Shown: positions 25,754 to 35,415, counted from the first letter of the stretch. The stretch: DNA of 64,000 nt from Acidimicrobiia bacterium (GCA_035544615.1 DATKEA010000102.1:4015-68014); one strand, 5' to 3'. Numbers and translations are program-made. Notes: generated by a model not told the origin, from the letters alone.

Positions 25754-27408
25754 GAGCCCGGAGACCGATACAGGTTGGTGATCGGGAGCCTCCGGTCCTT
25801 GCCAAAGCCCTTGACCGTGATCTTCACCCCAGGGGCAGCCTGACGCCTCTTGTACTCGTTGTGATCCACCAGCCCTGTCACACGGGCCACGACTTCAGGA
25901 TCGAAGTCTCTGGCGATTATCTCGGCCGCCCCCAGATCTGCTTCGACATAGAGCTGGAGGATTGCATCGAGCAGCTCATATGGCGGCAATGAATCCGAGT
26001 CCTTCTGGTCGGGGCGTAGCTCCGCCGAAGGTGGCTTGTCGATCGTGCTCTGAGGGACGACCTCGCCCTTCTTGTTCCGCCACCGCGCAAGGTCGTAGAC
26101 CAAGGTCTTGAAGACATCCTTGAGCACGGCAAAGCCACCGACCATGTCCCCATAGAGGGTGGCGTAGCCGGCGGCCATCTCCGACTTGTTCCCTGTCGCC
26201 ACCACCATCGGGCCATGCTTGTTGGAGATCGCCATCAGGATCGCTCCCCGGGTTCGAGCCTGCAGGTTCTCTTCAGCCGTTCCGAACCCGGTGCCGGCAA
26301 AGATGGGCTCGACGGTCTCGAGGAAGGCCTGGTAGACGTCGTCCATGGGCAGCACGTCGAACCGAATGCCAAGGTTCGAAGCCAGTTCCCGGGCGTCATC
26401 GATCGAATGCCGCGACGAGAAGCGTGAAGGCATCGACACACCCCAGACCGAGTCGGCCCCCAACGCGTCGACGGCGATGACCGCGGTCAGGGCGGAGTCG
26501 ATTCCACCGGAGAGCCCGATGACGACCTGATCGAACCGGTTCTTGCGGACGTAGTCACGCAGACCGACCTCGAGCGCCCGGTAGACCTCCTCGACCGGGT
26601 CGAGGTGCGGGGTCAAGGAACCGGCAGTTGCCGGCTCCCCGGGCAGGGGGACATCGACCACGAACAGATCTTCCTCGAATTGTGGCGATCGGTGCACGAT
26701 CGTCCCGTCGGAAGCAACCACCAGGGAGCACCCATCGAAGACCAGCTCGTCCTGCCCGCCGATCAGATTGAGGTAAACAACGACTGCGCCGGAATCGCGT
26801 GCCCGATCGGCGATCATCTGCTCGCGCTCGGCAGCTTTTCCCTTGTGGAAAGGAGATGCGTTGATGTTGAGGAGGACCCGGGCTCCTGCTGCGGCCTGGG
26901 CGCTCGGTGGCCCGTCGGGGAGCCAAATGTCCTCGCATATGGAGACCCCGGAGGAGACGTCTCCGATCTCCCAGGTCATTGCCCCGTCAACACCCGGAGC
27001 GAAGTAGCGGTCTTCGTCGAACACTCCGTAGTTGGGGAGCAGAACCTTGTGATAGACCCCCACGACCGCTCCTCGCCTGAGCACCGCGGCCGCATTGGCC
27101 ACGGTCCGCTCGGTGGCATCCACCGCCCCACGCGCCGGGTTTGCCGACCGATCGACAAAGCCAACCACCACAGTCGTCGCCCCGGACCGAGTCGCCAGCC
27201 GGTTGAGCGCTTCGATGCCCGCCGCGACGAAGTCGGAGCGAAGAACGAGGTCCTCGGGCGGATAGCCGTTGATCGCCAGCTCAGGGAGGAGCAGCACATC
27301 TGCCTGCTCGCTCTCGGCCCAGGCCATGGCGTCGGCGATTCTCGCTTCGTTGCCGGCAATGTCACCGACTCGCAGATTCAGTTGGGCTCCGGCAACTCGA
27401 AGTGGCAC
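25750..27408 (-). CDS. nadE: glutamine-dependent NAD+ synthetase (CN-hydrolase plus NAD synthetase domains)
   Basis: 552 aa from GTG 27408 (VPLRVAGAQLN). Contains the SGGIDSAL P-loop. The ORF-track start 27465 would abut glnE. Confidence 0.9.
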   Translation of the reverse strand: MPLRVAGAQLNLRVGDIAGNEARIADAMAWAESEQADVLLLPELAINGYPPEDLVLRSDFVAAGIEALNRLATRSGATTVVVGFVDRSANPARGAVDATERTVANAAAVLRRGAVVGVYHKVLLPNYGVFDEDRYFAPGVDGAMTWEIGDVSSGVSICEDIWLPDGPPSAQAAAGARVLLNINASPFHKGKAAEREQMIADRARDSGAVVVYLNLIGGQDELVFDGCSLVVASDGTIVHRSPQFEEDLFVVDVPLPGEPATAGSLTPHLDPVEEVYRALEVGLRDYVRKNRFDQVVIGLSGGIDSALTAVIAVDALGADSVWGVSMPSRFSSRHSIDDARELASNLGIRFDVLPMDDVYQAFLETVEPIFAGTGFGTAEENLQARTRGAILMAISNKHGPMVVATGNKSEMAAGYATLYGDMVGGFAVLKDVFKTLVYDLARWRNKKGEVVPQSTIDKPPSAELRPDQKDSDSLPPYELLDAILQLYVEADLGAAEIIARDFDPEVVARVTGLVDHNEYKRRQAAPGVKITVKGFGKDRRLPITNLYRSPGS

Positions 27409-27467
27409 CCCGTCACGATACGCCCCGACATACCCTGTCGCTCGTGACCGACCGACGCGCCGCATCG

Positions 27468-30212
27468 ATGATCCCGGCCGAAGTCCTCGACCGACTCTCC
27501 GCGATCGTGGCCGACGTGGAGGGGAGGGCTTTGATCGCCGATGAGATCGGCCGTGGCCCGGACCCGGTCGATGCGTGGGGTCGGCTGCTTCTCATTCTCG
27601 AGTCCGAGCCGAATCTGGTCCAGGACCGGGTTCTCCTGACTCGTGCCTGCGCGATCGCGGGTACCTCCCGGGCCCTGAGTCAGACAGTCGCCCGTTACCC
27701 GTCGCTGCTCCAAGGTATCGCGCCAAAGCCGACGGTCGCCCTCAGGGTCGGTGCGGCACTGGCGTCGATCGCCGCCGACGACATGTCCAACACGATCGAC
27801 GTAGTCGAGGCTACGGCCAGGTTCTCCGACGAGATCGACCGGATCGTCGCCGATGCCCTCGAGAACTCCAGGGACGACGTCGCCGAGAGGCATCCCGTGG
27901 TACTGGAGCTTCCCTTCGCGGTCGTGGCGATGGGCAAGTGGGGAGCGCGCGAGCTCAACTACGCGTCGGACATTGATCTCATCTACGTCCACGACAACGT
28001 CGCGGGCCAAGAGAACCAGAGCCGTGCCGCCGCGATAGCCCTCGCCAATCGACTCACATCGGTGTTGTCCTCGCCGACGATCGACGGGCCCGGCTTGGCC
28101 GTCGACACCGATCTTCGGCCGGAGGGGGCGATGGGACCGGTGTCGCGAAGTCTCGACGGCTACATCCGGTACTACTCGCATTGGGGCGAAGCCTGGGAGC
28201 TCCAGGCGCTCTTGAAAGCCCGTCCTGCCGCCGGTGACCATTCCCTCGGCGACAGATTCAACCAACTGGCCGCCTCGGTGATCTGGGAGGGAGGCCTGGA
28301 TGTCGAGTCGCTGCGCAGCATCCGCAAGCTCAAAGAGACAGTCGAGGATGGGGCCGACCCCAACGACATCAAGCGATCGCGCGGGGGGATCAGGGATATC
28401 GAGTTTTCGGTGCAGTTGCTCCAACTCGTTCATGGCAGATTCGACGTCGACCTCCGCGTCCGAGCGACTCTCGATGCGCTCGATGCCTTGACCGAGCACG
28501 GATTTGTGGAACGGGACGACCACCGCCGCCTCTCCGATGCCTACCGATTCCTCAGAGATCTCGAGCACCGAATTCAACTCTGGGACCTGCGCCAAACCCA
28601 TATCGTCCCCCAGGGCCCGGAGCGAAGGGAACAGCTGGGTCGTGCCCTCGGCATGTCCGTGGACCCTGCTGCCGAGCTCGACCGGCGACTCGCAGAAGTG
28701 AGATCGGTGGTCAGGGACGTGCATGAGCGCCTCTACTTCAGGCCGATACTGGACGCACTCGTCGGTTCCCCCAGTGCCCGGCTCGGTGTGGAACAGGCAG
28801 CCCTGCGTCTCGAAGCTCTCGGATTCAAGGATGTCAACGCAGCAAGGAGCGCTTTGGAGGAGCTGACTTCGGGTGTCAGCCGGCGCTCTCGCGCGATGGA
28901 CCAGGTCCTCCCGCTGATGCTCGACTGGTTGTCGCTCACACCGGATCCCGATCTCGGCGTGGCTCAGCTTCGCATCGTGCTCGCCAACACCCCCGACCAT
29001 GCCGCGCTGGTGACTCTGCTTCAAACCAACCCGCTAGCCGGCGAGCGGCTGTGCCGGTTGTTGGGGACCAGCCGGTTGATCGGCGATCTCATCGACCGGA
29101 TACCGGAGTTCATCCCCCGTCTCGCCGACGACCAACTACTCGGCGCGATCCGGGATCGCGATCAGGAGATCGAGCGTCTGCTCGGGTTGTTGGCTAGCAG
29201 ACCCGACCACGATGCCCGGATCGGCACGGTGAGGCGGTTCGCGCGCCGACGCAAGCTGCGAATCGCGGCCAGGGACATCCTGGGTGGGGCCGACATCGCA
29301 GTGACGATGGGTTCTCTCACCGATACTGCGGACGCGACGGCAACCGGCGGGATTCACATCGTCGCCGGAGCCAAGCCGGTTGGCTTCACCGTCATCGCAA
29401 TGGGCAAGTGGGGCGGTGGCGAGCTCTCGTACGGGTCGGACCTGGATCTGCTCTATGTGTTCGATGATGAAGCCAACCGGGAAGAGGGGATCCGCATCGC
29501 CACCGATCTGGCCAAGGTGCTCTCCGAACCGAGCCGGCATGGAGAGGCATACTCCCTCGATGCGGGTCTCCGGCCCGAGGGTCGCCAAGGGCCGCTCGCC
29601 CGCTCTATCGAGAGTTACCGGCGCTACTACGAGGAATGGGCCGAGCCCTGGGAGATGTTGGCATTGGTCAAGGCACGCCCGGCGGCCGGCGATCCGGCGT
29701 TGGGCTCGGAGTTCCTCGACATGACAGGTCACCACGTATGGCGTGAGAAGCTGCCGGGTGACTTCGTTCGCTCGATTCGAGAGATGAAGGCACGAGTCGA
29801 GAACGAGCGAATACCGGCGGGCGAGGATCCCGACTTTCACCTCAAGTTGGGGAGGGGAAGCATCAGCGACATCGAATTCCTCACCCAACTCCAACAGCTC
29901 AGACACGGTGGGACTATCCCCGAGCTGCGGGTCCCTGGCACTCTGGATGCCCTTGCCTCGCTGGCCGAACACGAGGTACTACTCCCCGAGGATGTGCGGG
30001 CCCTCAGCGAGGCGTACCTCTTCTGCACTCGGGTCCGTCTTCGACTTCACCTGCAAATGGGGCGGGCGGTCGACTCCTTGCCGACCGACCCTGATGACTT
30101 GAGCAGTCTGGCCGCCTCGCTGGGGTTCGATCGCTCCTCCGAGCTCAGGGACGAGTATCGCCGCACGACCCGACGCGCTCGCCACGTCTTCGAGACCCGC
30201 TTCTACGAATGA
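27468..30212 (+). CDS. glnE: bifunctional glutamine synthetase adenylyltransferase / adenylyl-removing enzyme
   Basis: 914 aa with duplicated nucleotidyltransferase motifs GKWGARELNYASDIDLIYV and GKWGGGELSYGSDLDLLYV. Start is ATG 27468, or possibly GTG 27444. Confidence 0.9.
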   Translation: MIPAEVLDRLSAIVADVEGRALIADEIGRGPDPVDAWGRLLLILESEPNLVQDRVLLTRACAIAGTSRALSQTVARYPSLLQGIAPKPTVALRVGAALASIAADDMSNTIDVVEATARFSDEIDRIVADALENSRDDVAERHPVVLELPFAVVAMGKWGARELNYASDIDLIYVHDNVAGQENQSRAAAIALANRLTSVLSSPTIDGPGLAVDTDLRPEGAMGPVSRSLDGYIRYYSHWGEAWELQALLKARPAAGDHSLGDRFNQLAASVIWEGGLDVESLRSIRKLKETVEDGADPNDIKRSRGGIRDIEFSVQLLQLVHGRFDVDLRVRATLDALDALTEHGFVERDDHRRLSDAYRFLRDLEHRIQLWDLRQTHIVPQGPERREQLGRALGMSVDPAAELDRRLAEVRSVVRDVHERLYFRPILDALVGSPSARLGVEQAALRLEALGFKDVNAARSALEELTSGVSRRSRAMDQVLPLMLDWLSLTPDPDLGVAQLRIVLANTPDHAALVTLLQTNPLAGERLCRLLGTSRLIGDLIDRIPEFIPRLADDQLLGAIRDRDQEIERLLGLLASRPDHDARIGTVRRFARRRKLRIAARDILGGADIAVTMGSLTDTADATATGGIHIVAGAKPVGFTVIAMGKWGGGELSYGSDLDLLYVFDDEANREEGIRIATDLAKVLSEPSRHGEAYSLDAGLRPEGRQGPLARSIESYRRYYEEWAEPWEMLALVKARPAAGDPALGSEFLDMTGHHVWREKLPGDFVRSIREMKARVENERIPAGEDPDFHLKLGRGSISDIEFLTQLQQLRHGGTIPELRVPGTLDALASLAEHEVLLPEDVRALSEAYLFCTRVRLRLHLQMGRAVDSLPTDPDDLSSLAASLGFDRSSELRDEYRRTTRRARHVFETRFYE

Positions 30213-30225
30213 GCGGGCATACAAG

Positions 30226-30300
30226 TGCTCCGGGTCGTAAGTTCCGTGCGTGTAGCGCCGAGGGCCGGCGGGACATGCGTGAGACTTGCGAGTCGGTGCA
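30226..30300. repeat. 75-bp palindromic element, copy C (internal-deletion derivative of the copy B type)
   Basis: 74/75 identical to the two arms of copy B, with the central 85 bp missing between CGAG direct repeats. Flanks are CAAG and CTAG. Confidence 0.9.
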
Positions 30301-30319
30301 CTAGTACCCTCGCAGCGCC

Positions 30320-31477
30320 ATGATCGACCCGGAACGGCTCAGCGGGTTGGTGGAGGGGATCGTCCCCAAGACCGTGGAGCTTCGCCGTCTTCTCCATCGA
30401 CACCCCGAACCTTCGAATCAGGAATATCAGACCACAGCGCTGATCGCGGCATCGTTGGACGAAAGCGGTGTCGCCTTTCACGATCGCCAGCCTCGGACCG
30501 GGCTTTGGGTGGACATCGGGCCCGACCCCCGAATCGGCTTCCGTGCCGACCTCGATGCCTTGCCTATCTTCGAGCCCGAGGACAGTGCCCCCCGCTCCCA
30601 GAATCCTGGCTGGATGCATGCCTGCGGCCACGATGCACATGCTGCTATCGCGTTCGGGATGACCCTCGCCCTGCGTCAACTCGACCTGCCGGTCGGGATC
30701 CGGATTCTGTTCCAGCCGGCCGAGGAGTCCTTTCCCGGTGGGGCCGCCGACCTCGTCGACGAGGGCCTGGTCGATGGTTTCAAGGGCATCATCGCCTTCC
30801 ATGTCGACCCTTCTCTCGAAACGGGCAAGGTGGGCAGCAGGGTCGGCGCGATCACCGCCAGCGCCGACCTGATGACCATCGTGCTCGAAGGCCCTGGGGG
30901 TCACACCGCTCGGCCCCACCAGACGGTGGACCTGATCGCCGACGCGGCTCGGTTGGTGCACGAGTTGCCTGGCGTGCTCAGGCGAACCATCGACGCCAGG
31001 AGCCCTCTCACCGTGGCGTTCGGATCGGTGCACGGGGGGCGCTCCGGCAATGTGATCCCGACCCGAGTCGAACTTCAGGGGACCGCCCGAACGCTCGATC
31101 GCGGCCTTTGGGAAGTCCTGCCCGGACTGATGGACAAAGCCGTCGGCAGTCTGTTGGCCCTGTCCGGCGTCGAGTACACGCTGGACTACGACCAGGCCAT
31201 CCCACCGGTGGTGAACGACGAGGTTGTGATCCAAGCGGCCACCAAAGGGATCGCCGCGACGATGGGGGCTGACACGGTGGTCCCTACCGAGCCGTCGATG
31301 GGCGGCGAGGACTTCGCCAATTACCTCGCCGTGATCCCGGGAGCCCTGCTTCGACTTGGCACATCGGGCAAGGGCACCGACCTTCATTCACCAGGATTCA
31401 TCCTCGACGAAGCGTCGATCGGATTCGGGGTCAAGGCAGGCGTTGCCGCCATGGTCGGTCTGGCCGAAACCCTCTGA
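30320..31477 (+). CDS. M20 family amidohydrolase (N-acyl-amino acid amidohydrolase / hippurate hydrolase-like)
   Basis: 385 aa with LHRHPE and MHACGHDAH motifs. Confidence 0.9.
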   Translation: MIDPERLSGLVEGIVPKTVELRRLLHRHPEPSNQEYQTTALIAASLDESGVAFHDRQPRTGLWVDIGPDPRIGFRADLDALPIFEPEDSAPRSQNPGWMHACGHDAHAAIAFGMTLALRQLDLPVGIRILFQPAEESFPGGAADLVDEGLVDGFKGIIAFHVDPSLETGKVGSRVGAITASADLMTIVLEGPGGHTARPHQTVDLIADAARLVHELPGVLRRTIDARSPLTVAFGSVHGGRSGNVIPTRVELQGTARTLDRGLWEVLPGLMDKAVGSLLALSGVEYTLDYDQAIPPVVNDEVVIQAATKGIAATMGADTVVPTEPSMGGEDFANYLAVIPGALLRLGTSGKGTDLHSPGFILDEASIGFGVKAGVAAMVGLAETL

Positions 31478-31508
31478 TCTGGCTGTCCGGGCTCGGTACG
31501 ATCTAACC

Positions 31509-32240
31509 ATGGCGATCGACAAGGAGACGGTCTCGGAGCCGGCCCCCTACGAGCCTCATATCGGTGAGACCCGTCAGTATTGGCGGGACATCATTCTCGG
31601 GGTGAACGACGGCCTGGTGTCGATCTTCCTGTTGGTGGTCGGCGTGGTCGGTGGTGGCCTCGACACAAATCAGGTTCTGCTCACCGCTCTGGCCGGAGCG
31701 GTGGCTGGAGCGATCTCGATGGCGGCAGGTGAGTATCTCGCCACCAAATCCCAGGACGAGGTACTCGAGGCGGAGTTGACGCTGGAGCGGATCCATATCC
31801 GTGATCACCGCCAGCAGGAGCTCGACCAACTGCGGGAAATGTTCGCCGACATGGGGATCCACTCCGACGACATCGAGTCGGTGGTGGCGGCATTCGATCG
31901 GTCGGACGAAGCGATCCTGAACGCGATGAAGGCACTCGAGTTCGGTTTCATCGAGTCGGAGCGAAGATCGCCATATCGGGCGATGGCGGCCTCGGGGGTC
32001 CTCTTCGTGGTCGGTTCGTTCCCGTCGGTGATCCCGTTCCTGGTGTTCGACAGTACGAGAGTTGCCCTCATCTGGGCAACGTTCCTGGCCCTCGGAGGGC
32101 TGTTCCTGGTCGGTGTCGTCAAGGCAAGGGTGGCTCGGCACAGTTGGCTCCGTTCAGGGCTGGAGAACATGGTCATCGCCGGGGTTGGCGGTGTGCTGGC
32201 GTGGCTGATCGGCGATGCTGCCGGCGCCGCCCTCACCTAG
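31509..32240 (+). CDS. VIT1/CCC1 family iron/manganese transporter
   Basis: 243 aa from ATG 31509 with GVNDGLVS and AGEYLATKSQ motifs. Confidence 0.85.
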   Translation: MAIDKETVSEPAPYEPHIGETRQYWRDIILGVNDGLVSIFLLVVGVVGGGLDTNQVLLTALAGAVAGAISMAAGEYLATKSQDEVLEAELTLERIHIRDHRQQELDQLREMFADMGIHSDDIESVVAAFDRSDEAILNAMKALEFGFIESERRSPYRAMAASGVLFVVGSFPSVIPFLVFDSTRVALIWATFLALGGLFLVGVVKARVARHSWLRSGLENMVIAGVGGVLAWLIGDAAGAALT

Positions 32241-32261
32241 ATCGCTGTGCTAGCGGCGCGC

Positions 32262-32290
32262 TTGCAATTGCTAGCAGCTTGCGCTATGCT
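32262..32290 (+). promoter_or_regulatory. sigma-70-like promoter for a leaderless XRE regulator mRNA, overlapped by palindromes
   Basis: TTGCAA (32262-32267), a 17-nt spacer, then TATGCT (32285-32290). The GTG start at 32299 is 8 nt downstream and has no SD. Inverted TGCTAGC/GCTAGCA at 32248-32254 and 32270-32276, and GCAATTGC at 32264-32271. Confidence 0.6.
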
Positions 32291-32298
32291 TCCAGGTA

Positions 32299-32670
32299 GT
32301 GAACGAGAGCAAGCACACCGACCTCGGAGCTTTCATCCGACAGCAAAGAGAGAGGGCCAACCTTTCCTTGCGCCGCTTGGCTGACACGGCCGGGATCTCC
32401 AATCCCTACCTGTCTCAGATCGAACGGGGGATCCGAAAGCCATCCGCAGAGATACTGAGCCGGTTGTCGCGAGCGCTCGAGATATCGGCCAACTCCCTCT
32501 ATTCGAAAGCAGGGCTTCTCGATGACGAGCTGCAGGCACCGACGATCTCCGAGGCGATCGACGCCGACATTCGTTTGAGCCCCAGCCAGAAGAAGGTGCT
32601 GCTCGACATGCACAAAGCCTTGATCCAGTCCAATGGATCAGTGATAGAACAACACAACGAACAGGAGTGA
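32299..32670 (+). CDS. XRE family helix-turn-helix transcriptional regulator
   Basis: 123 aa with HTH LRRLADTAGISNPYLSQIERG. Confidence 0.9.
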   Translation: MNESKHTDLGAFIRQQRERANLSLRRLADTAGISNPYLSQIERGIRKPSAEILSRLSRALEISANSLYSKAGLLDDELQAPTISEAIDADIRLSPSQKKVLLDMHKALIQSNGSVIEQHNEQE

Positions 32671-32672
32671 CA

Positions 32673-33170
32673 ATGCAAACCAAGAGCGTTCTCTATGCAG
32701 CGGTGGGTGCCCCCGTGGTAGCCGCCCGCAAGGTTGGCGAGAAGGTAAACGACCTTCGCGTCAAGATGAGCGACGAGGCCACCGGTTACAGCAAGACGGC
32801 CGAGAAGGCCATCGATAGCTGGGCTGTCGAAGGCGAGAAGATCGTCGGTCGAGTCACCGACGGCAAGGTCGTGGACGAGCTCGCCGCCAAGGTCGACCTC
32901 GATCAGGCCAAGGAGCAGGTCGGCAAATTGCGCGATCAGCTCGAGGACATGCTGGCAACCTGGCGGACTTCGTTCCGACCCGAGAAGGCCACCGAGAAGA
33001 CAGAGGTGACCGAGGTCAAGGCTCCTGCGAAGAAGCCCGACGCTCGCAAGCCCGCGGCCAAGACCGGCGCTAAGACAACAAAGGCTTCTGCTGCCAAGAC
33101 CACCAAGTCGACCGCAGCGAAGACGAGCCCGGCGAAGACTGCCTCGGCGAAGACCGAGAAGGCTTCCTGA
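32673..33170 (+). CDS. HbhA-like (heparin-binding hemagglutinin family) coiled-coil protein with Lys/Ala/Thr-rich tail
   Basis: 165 aa from ATG 32673, with AGGAG 5 nt upstream. N-terminal VLYAAVGAPVVAARKV resembles the HbhA N-terminus. C-terminal tail KAPAKKPDARKPAAKTGAKTTKASAAKTTK. Confidence 0.7.
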   Translation: MQTKSVLYAAVGAPVVAARKVGEKVNDLRVKMSDEATGYSKTAEKAIDSWAVEGEKIVGRVTDGKVVDELAAKVDLDQAKEQVGKLRDQLEDMLATWRTSFRPEKATEKTEVTEVKAPAKKPDARKPAAKTGAKTTKASAAKTTKSTAAKTSPAKTASAKTEKAS

Positions 33171-33192
33171 GCTCACTCCTCCTCTAATCGCG

Positions 33193-33230
33193 ACGAGGGC
33201 CCTCTTCGAGGGCCCTCGTTTCGTTCGTTT
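33193..33230. terminator. bidirectional intrinsic terminator
   Basis: Perfect 11-bp stem CGAGGGCCCTC / GAGGGCCCTCG (33194-33204 and 33208-33218) with loop TTC. A T-rich tract TTTCGTTCGTTTC follows. Lies between convergent genes. Confidence 0.75.
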
Positions 33231-33283
33231 CGCTCCTGGCGAGTCGGGATACCCGGGAGGTGTCGTGTTGGCCGAACCCGGTC

Positions 33284-33682
33284 TCAGACGCTCGGGTCGA
33301 GACCCCTGGCCGCTTCGATCCAAGCCTCGACCATCGACTCGGTGGGAAGCCGCTGCACCACTTTGGAGTCCCCGTTGAGGCCGATGATCTTGGCCAGGAG
33401 GGCGGTCGGGTTGCGTCGTCGCAAGTCGCGCAGAGTGTCGACACCGGCAGTGACGAGAAGCTCGGCGTACTCGGCCCCCACACCCTTCACCCGCATCAGA
33501 TCCGAGTGATTGATCCACTGCTGAAGATCACGCGGGTCGATTCCGGTGGCGTCGGACAGGTCGGCTCGGTCTTTTCGAGTGGCGGCGGCTTCGATCAGGC
33601 CCTTGCTCGTTCGTACCCCCTGTTTTCGCAGCTTTGTGGCGTCTTTGTGGGTGATGCCTGCCACCTGATCGATACGAGCCAT
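33284..33682 (-). CDS. DUF4332 domain protein (helix-hairpin-helix-like)
   Basis: 132 aa with LMRVKGVGAEYAELL and an N-terminal GITHKDATKLRKQGV motif. Confidence 0.7.
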   Translation of the reverse strand: MARIDQVAGITHKDATKLRKQGVRTSKGLIEAAATRKDRADLSDATGIDPRDLQQWINHSDLMRVKGVGAEYAELLVTAGVDTLRDLRRRNPTALLAKIIGLNGDSKVVQRLPTESMVEAWIEAARGLDPSV

Positions 33683-33735
33683 TTGCCCCTTCTACTCCGT
33701 CCGAGAAACAGAAATTCGACTCTAGACCCAACCTA

Positions 33736-34338
33736 TCAGCTCGAACCGGGGTGCCTGGGCCGAAGATCGACGACATCGGTCTCGGTGTCGACATCGCGCG
33801 GCCCCAGATCGGAAAACCACACTTCGTTGACCCACTCCGGATGTGCCTGCCAGAGACGCTGTGCCCCCTGGTCACCCTCGAGCGACATGAGGCGAGGCCA
33901 CAGCGAACGGTCGACCAGCACCGGGTTCCCCCAGCTGTAGCGGTACTTGGGGACGCTCACCGGATGACCGGCGCGAGCATGAGAAGCCATCAACTCTTCA
34001 ACCACTTCGATGTCGACCGACGGCTGATCACCGAGCACTATCAGCGCCCGTTCGCATCGGGAAAGCCGGTTGAGTGCATCAAGGCCAACCCGAATCGAAG
34101 ATGCAATCCCCTCCGCCCACTCCGGGTTCTCGATGACACCAACATCATCGAGTTGTGTCTCCCCCAGAATCCGCTCAAAGTCATGACCAAGCACTACCCA
34201 GACCTCGTCAACGGGAAACTCCCGGGTGCGCGCCACCACGTGCGAGAGGAGGTTGGTGTCCCCCCAGGGCTCCAGCTGCTTGGGTCGCCCGAGGCGGCGA
34301 GACCCCCCGGCGGCAAGGATCACGGCGGCGATCGTCAT
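33736..34338 (-). CDS. MobA-like NTP transferase (molybdenum cofactor cytidylyltransferase MocA-like)
   Basis: 200 aa with N-terminal VILAAGGSRRLGRPKQL. Confidence 0.8.
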   Translation of the reverse strand: MTIAAVILAAGGSRRLGRPKQLEPWGDTNLLSHVVARTREFPVDEVWVVLGHDFERILGETQLDDVGVIENPEWAEGIASSIRVGLDALNRLSRCERALIVLGDQPSVDIEVVEELMASHARAGHPVSVPKYRYSWGNPVLVDRSLWPRLMSLEGDQGAQRLWQAHPEWVNEVWFSDLGPRDVDTETDVVDLRPRHPGSS

Positions 34339-34354
34339 CGCGGCAACTTACCCG

Positions 34355-35113
34355 TCACACCCGAAGCAGCCGGCCCGTCAGCTCTTCCTCCTGATCGTGT
34401 CGGTATCGAACTGCAATCATCTCGCCAAGGATGGCGATCGCCACCTCGCCGGCGGAACGCGACCCGATGTCGAGACCGATGGGACCGTGGATCCTGTCCA
34501 CCTGATCCGCGGTGAAGCCGGCATCGATCAAACGAGCGCGTCTGGCGGCAGTGGTCTTGGCCGAGCCCATGGCTCCTATATAACGCGCCTCTGTCGGCAA
34601 CAGGATCGGCCAAAGCGGGTCCTCGAATCGTCGATCGTGAGTGAGGACCACCACGAAGGTTCGGGCATCGAACGATGAGGCATCGACCACATCGTTGGGC
34701 CAGCCAACCCGCAACTCGTCAGCGCCGGTAAACCGATCGCGGGTGACAAAGGCCGGACGTGGGTCGGCGACGATGGTGTGAAATCCGAGCAGCGACGCAT
34801 GCTGGACCAGCTCTTGGGCGATGTGGACCGCCCCGAAAACGAACAGTCGGGGTCGGGGCGCGATCACCTCGAAGAACAGCTCCGCATCGTCGTAGCCCAG
34901 AGTGACACTCCTTTCCCGAGCCATGAGGCTCAGCGCGTCGGAGCGCGCCTCTCTCTGAATCCGCTTCGGAAGCTCGCCGGCAACGATGTCTCCCTGGTGG
35001 TCCAACACCGCCTTGGCCGCTTCCCCTTCACCGGAGATCACCGTCACCACCACGCCGAATGCATCCTCTTCGATCAATCGACGCACGGCGTCGAGAGGCG
35101 ACGGCGTCACCAC
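34355..35113 (-). CDS. XdhC/CoxI family molybdoenzyme maturation protein (N-domain plus Rossmann-like C-domain)
   Basis: 252 aa from GTG 35113, with [15 protein letters not shown]. Confidence 0.8.
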   Translation of the reverse strand: MVTPSPLDAVRRLIEEDAFGVVVTVISGEGEAAKAVLDHQGDIVAGELPKRIQREARSDALSLMARERSVTLGYDDAELFFEVIAPRPRLFVFGAVHIAQELVQHASLLGFHTIVADPRPAFVTRDRFTGADELRVGWPNDVVDASSFDARTFVVVLTHDRRFEDPLWPILLPTEARYIGAMGSAKTTAARRARLIDAGFTADQVDRIHGPIGLDIGSRSAGEVAIAILGEMIAVRYRHDQEEELTGRLLRV

Positions 35114-35415
35114 GGCTCGATGTAGACCTGAATGGTCCCACCGCAGGCGAGACCCACCGCAAACGCATCGTCATCCGCAATGCCGTAGGTGACCAGCTCA
35201 GGCCGATCGCGCTCGAGCACCGACAAGGCTCGCACCACTACGTCGTTCTCGACACAGCCGCCGGAGACTGAGCCTTCCATCTCCCCGTCGGATGAGATGA
35301 GCATGAGAGACCCGGGACCGCGCGGAGCCGAGCCATACGCCTTGACAACGGTGGCCTTGGCCACCCTCTTGCCCTGATCCACCCAGGCTTGGCGACTGGC
35401 GAGCGCTTCTCTCAT
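35107..35415 (-). CDS. stand-alone XdhC/CoxI N-terminal domain protein
   Basis: 102 aa with GSVSGGCVE and GLACGG motifs. 7-nt overlap with the next XdhC gene. Confidence 0.75.
   Translation of the reverse strand: MREALASRQAWVDQGKRVAKATVVKAYGSAPRGPGSLMLISSDGEMEGSVSGGCVENDVVVRALSVLERDRPELVTYGIADDDAFAVGLACGGTIQVYIEPW

Noticed and set aside
27378-29024. 548-aa minus-strand ORF antisense to glnE
   Set aside because: Arg/Gly/Pro/Asp-rich with no motifs, and lies entirely opposite a gene with unmistakable GlnE motifs. This is the typical high-GC shadow ORF.
30203-31387. 394-aa minus-strand ORF antisense to the M20 hydrolase (similar cases at 45127-46233 and 48984-50282)
   Set aside because: Shadow ORFs opposite genes with clear family motifs.
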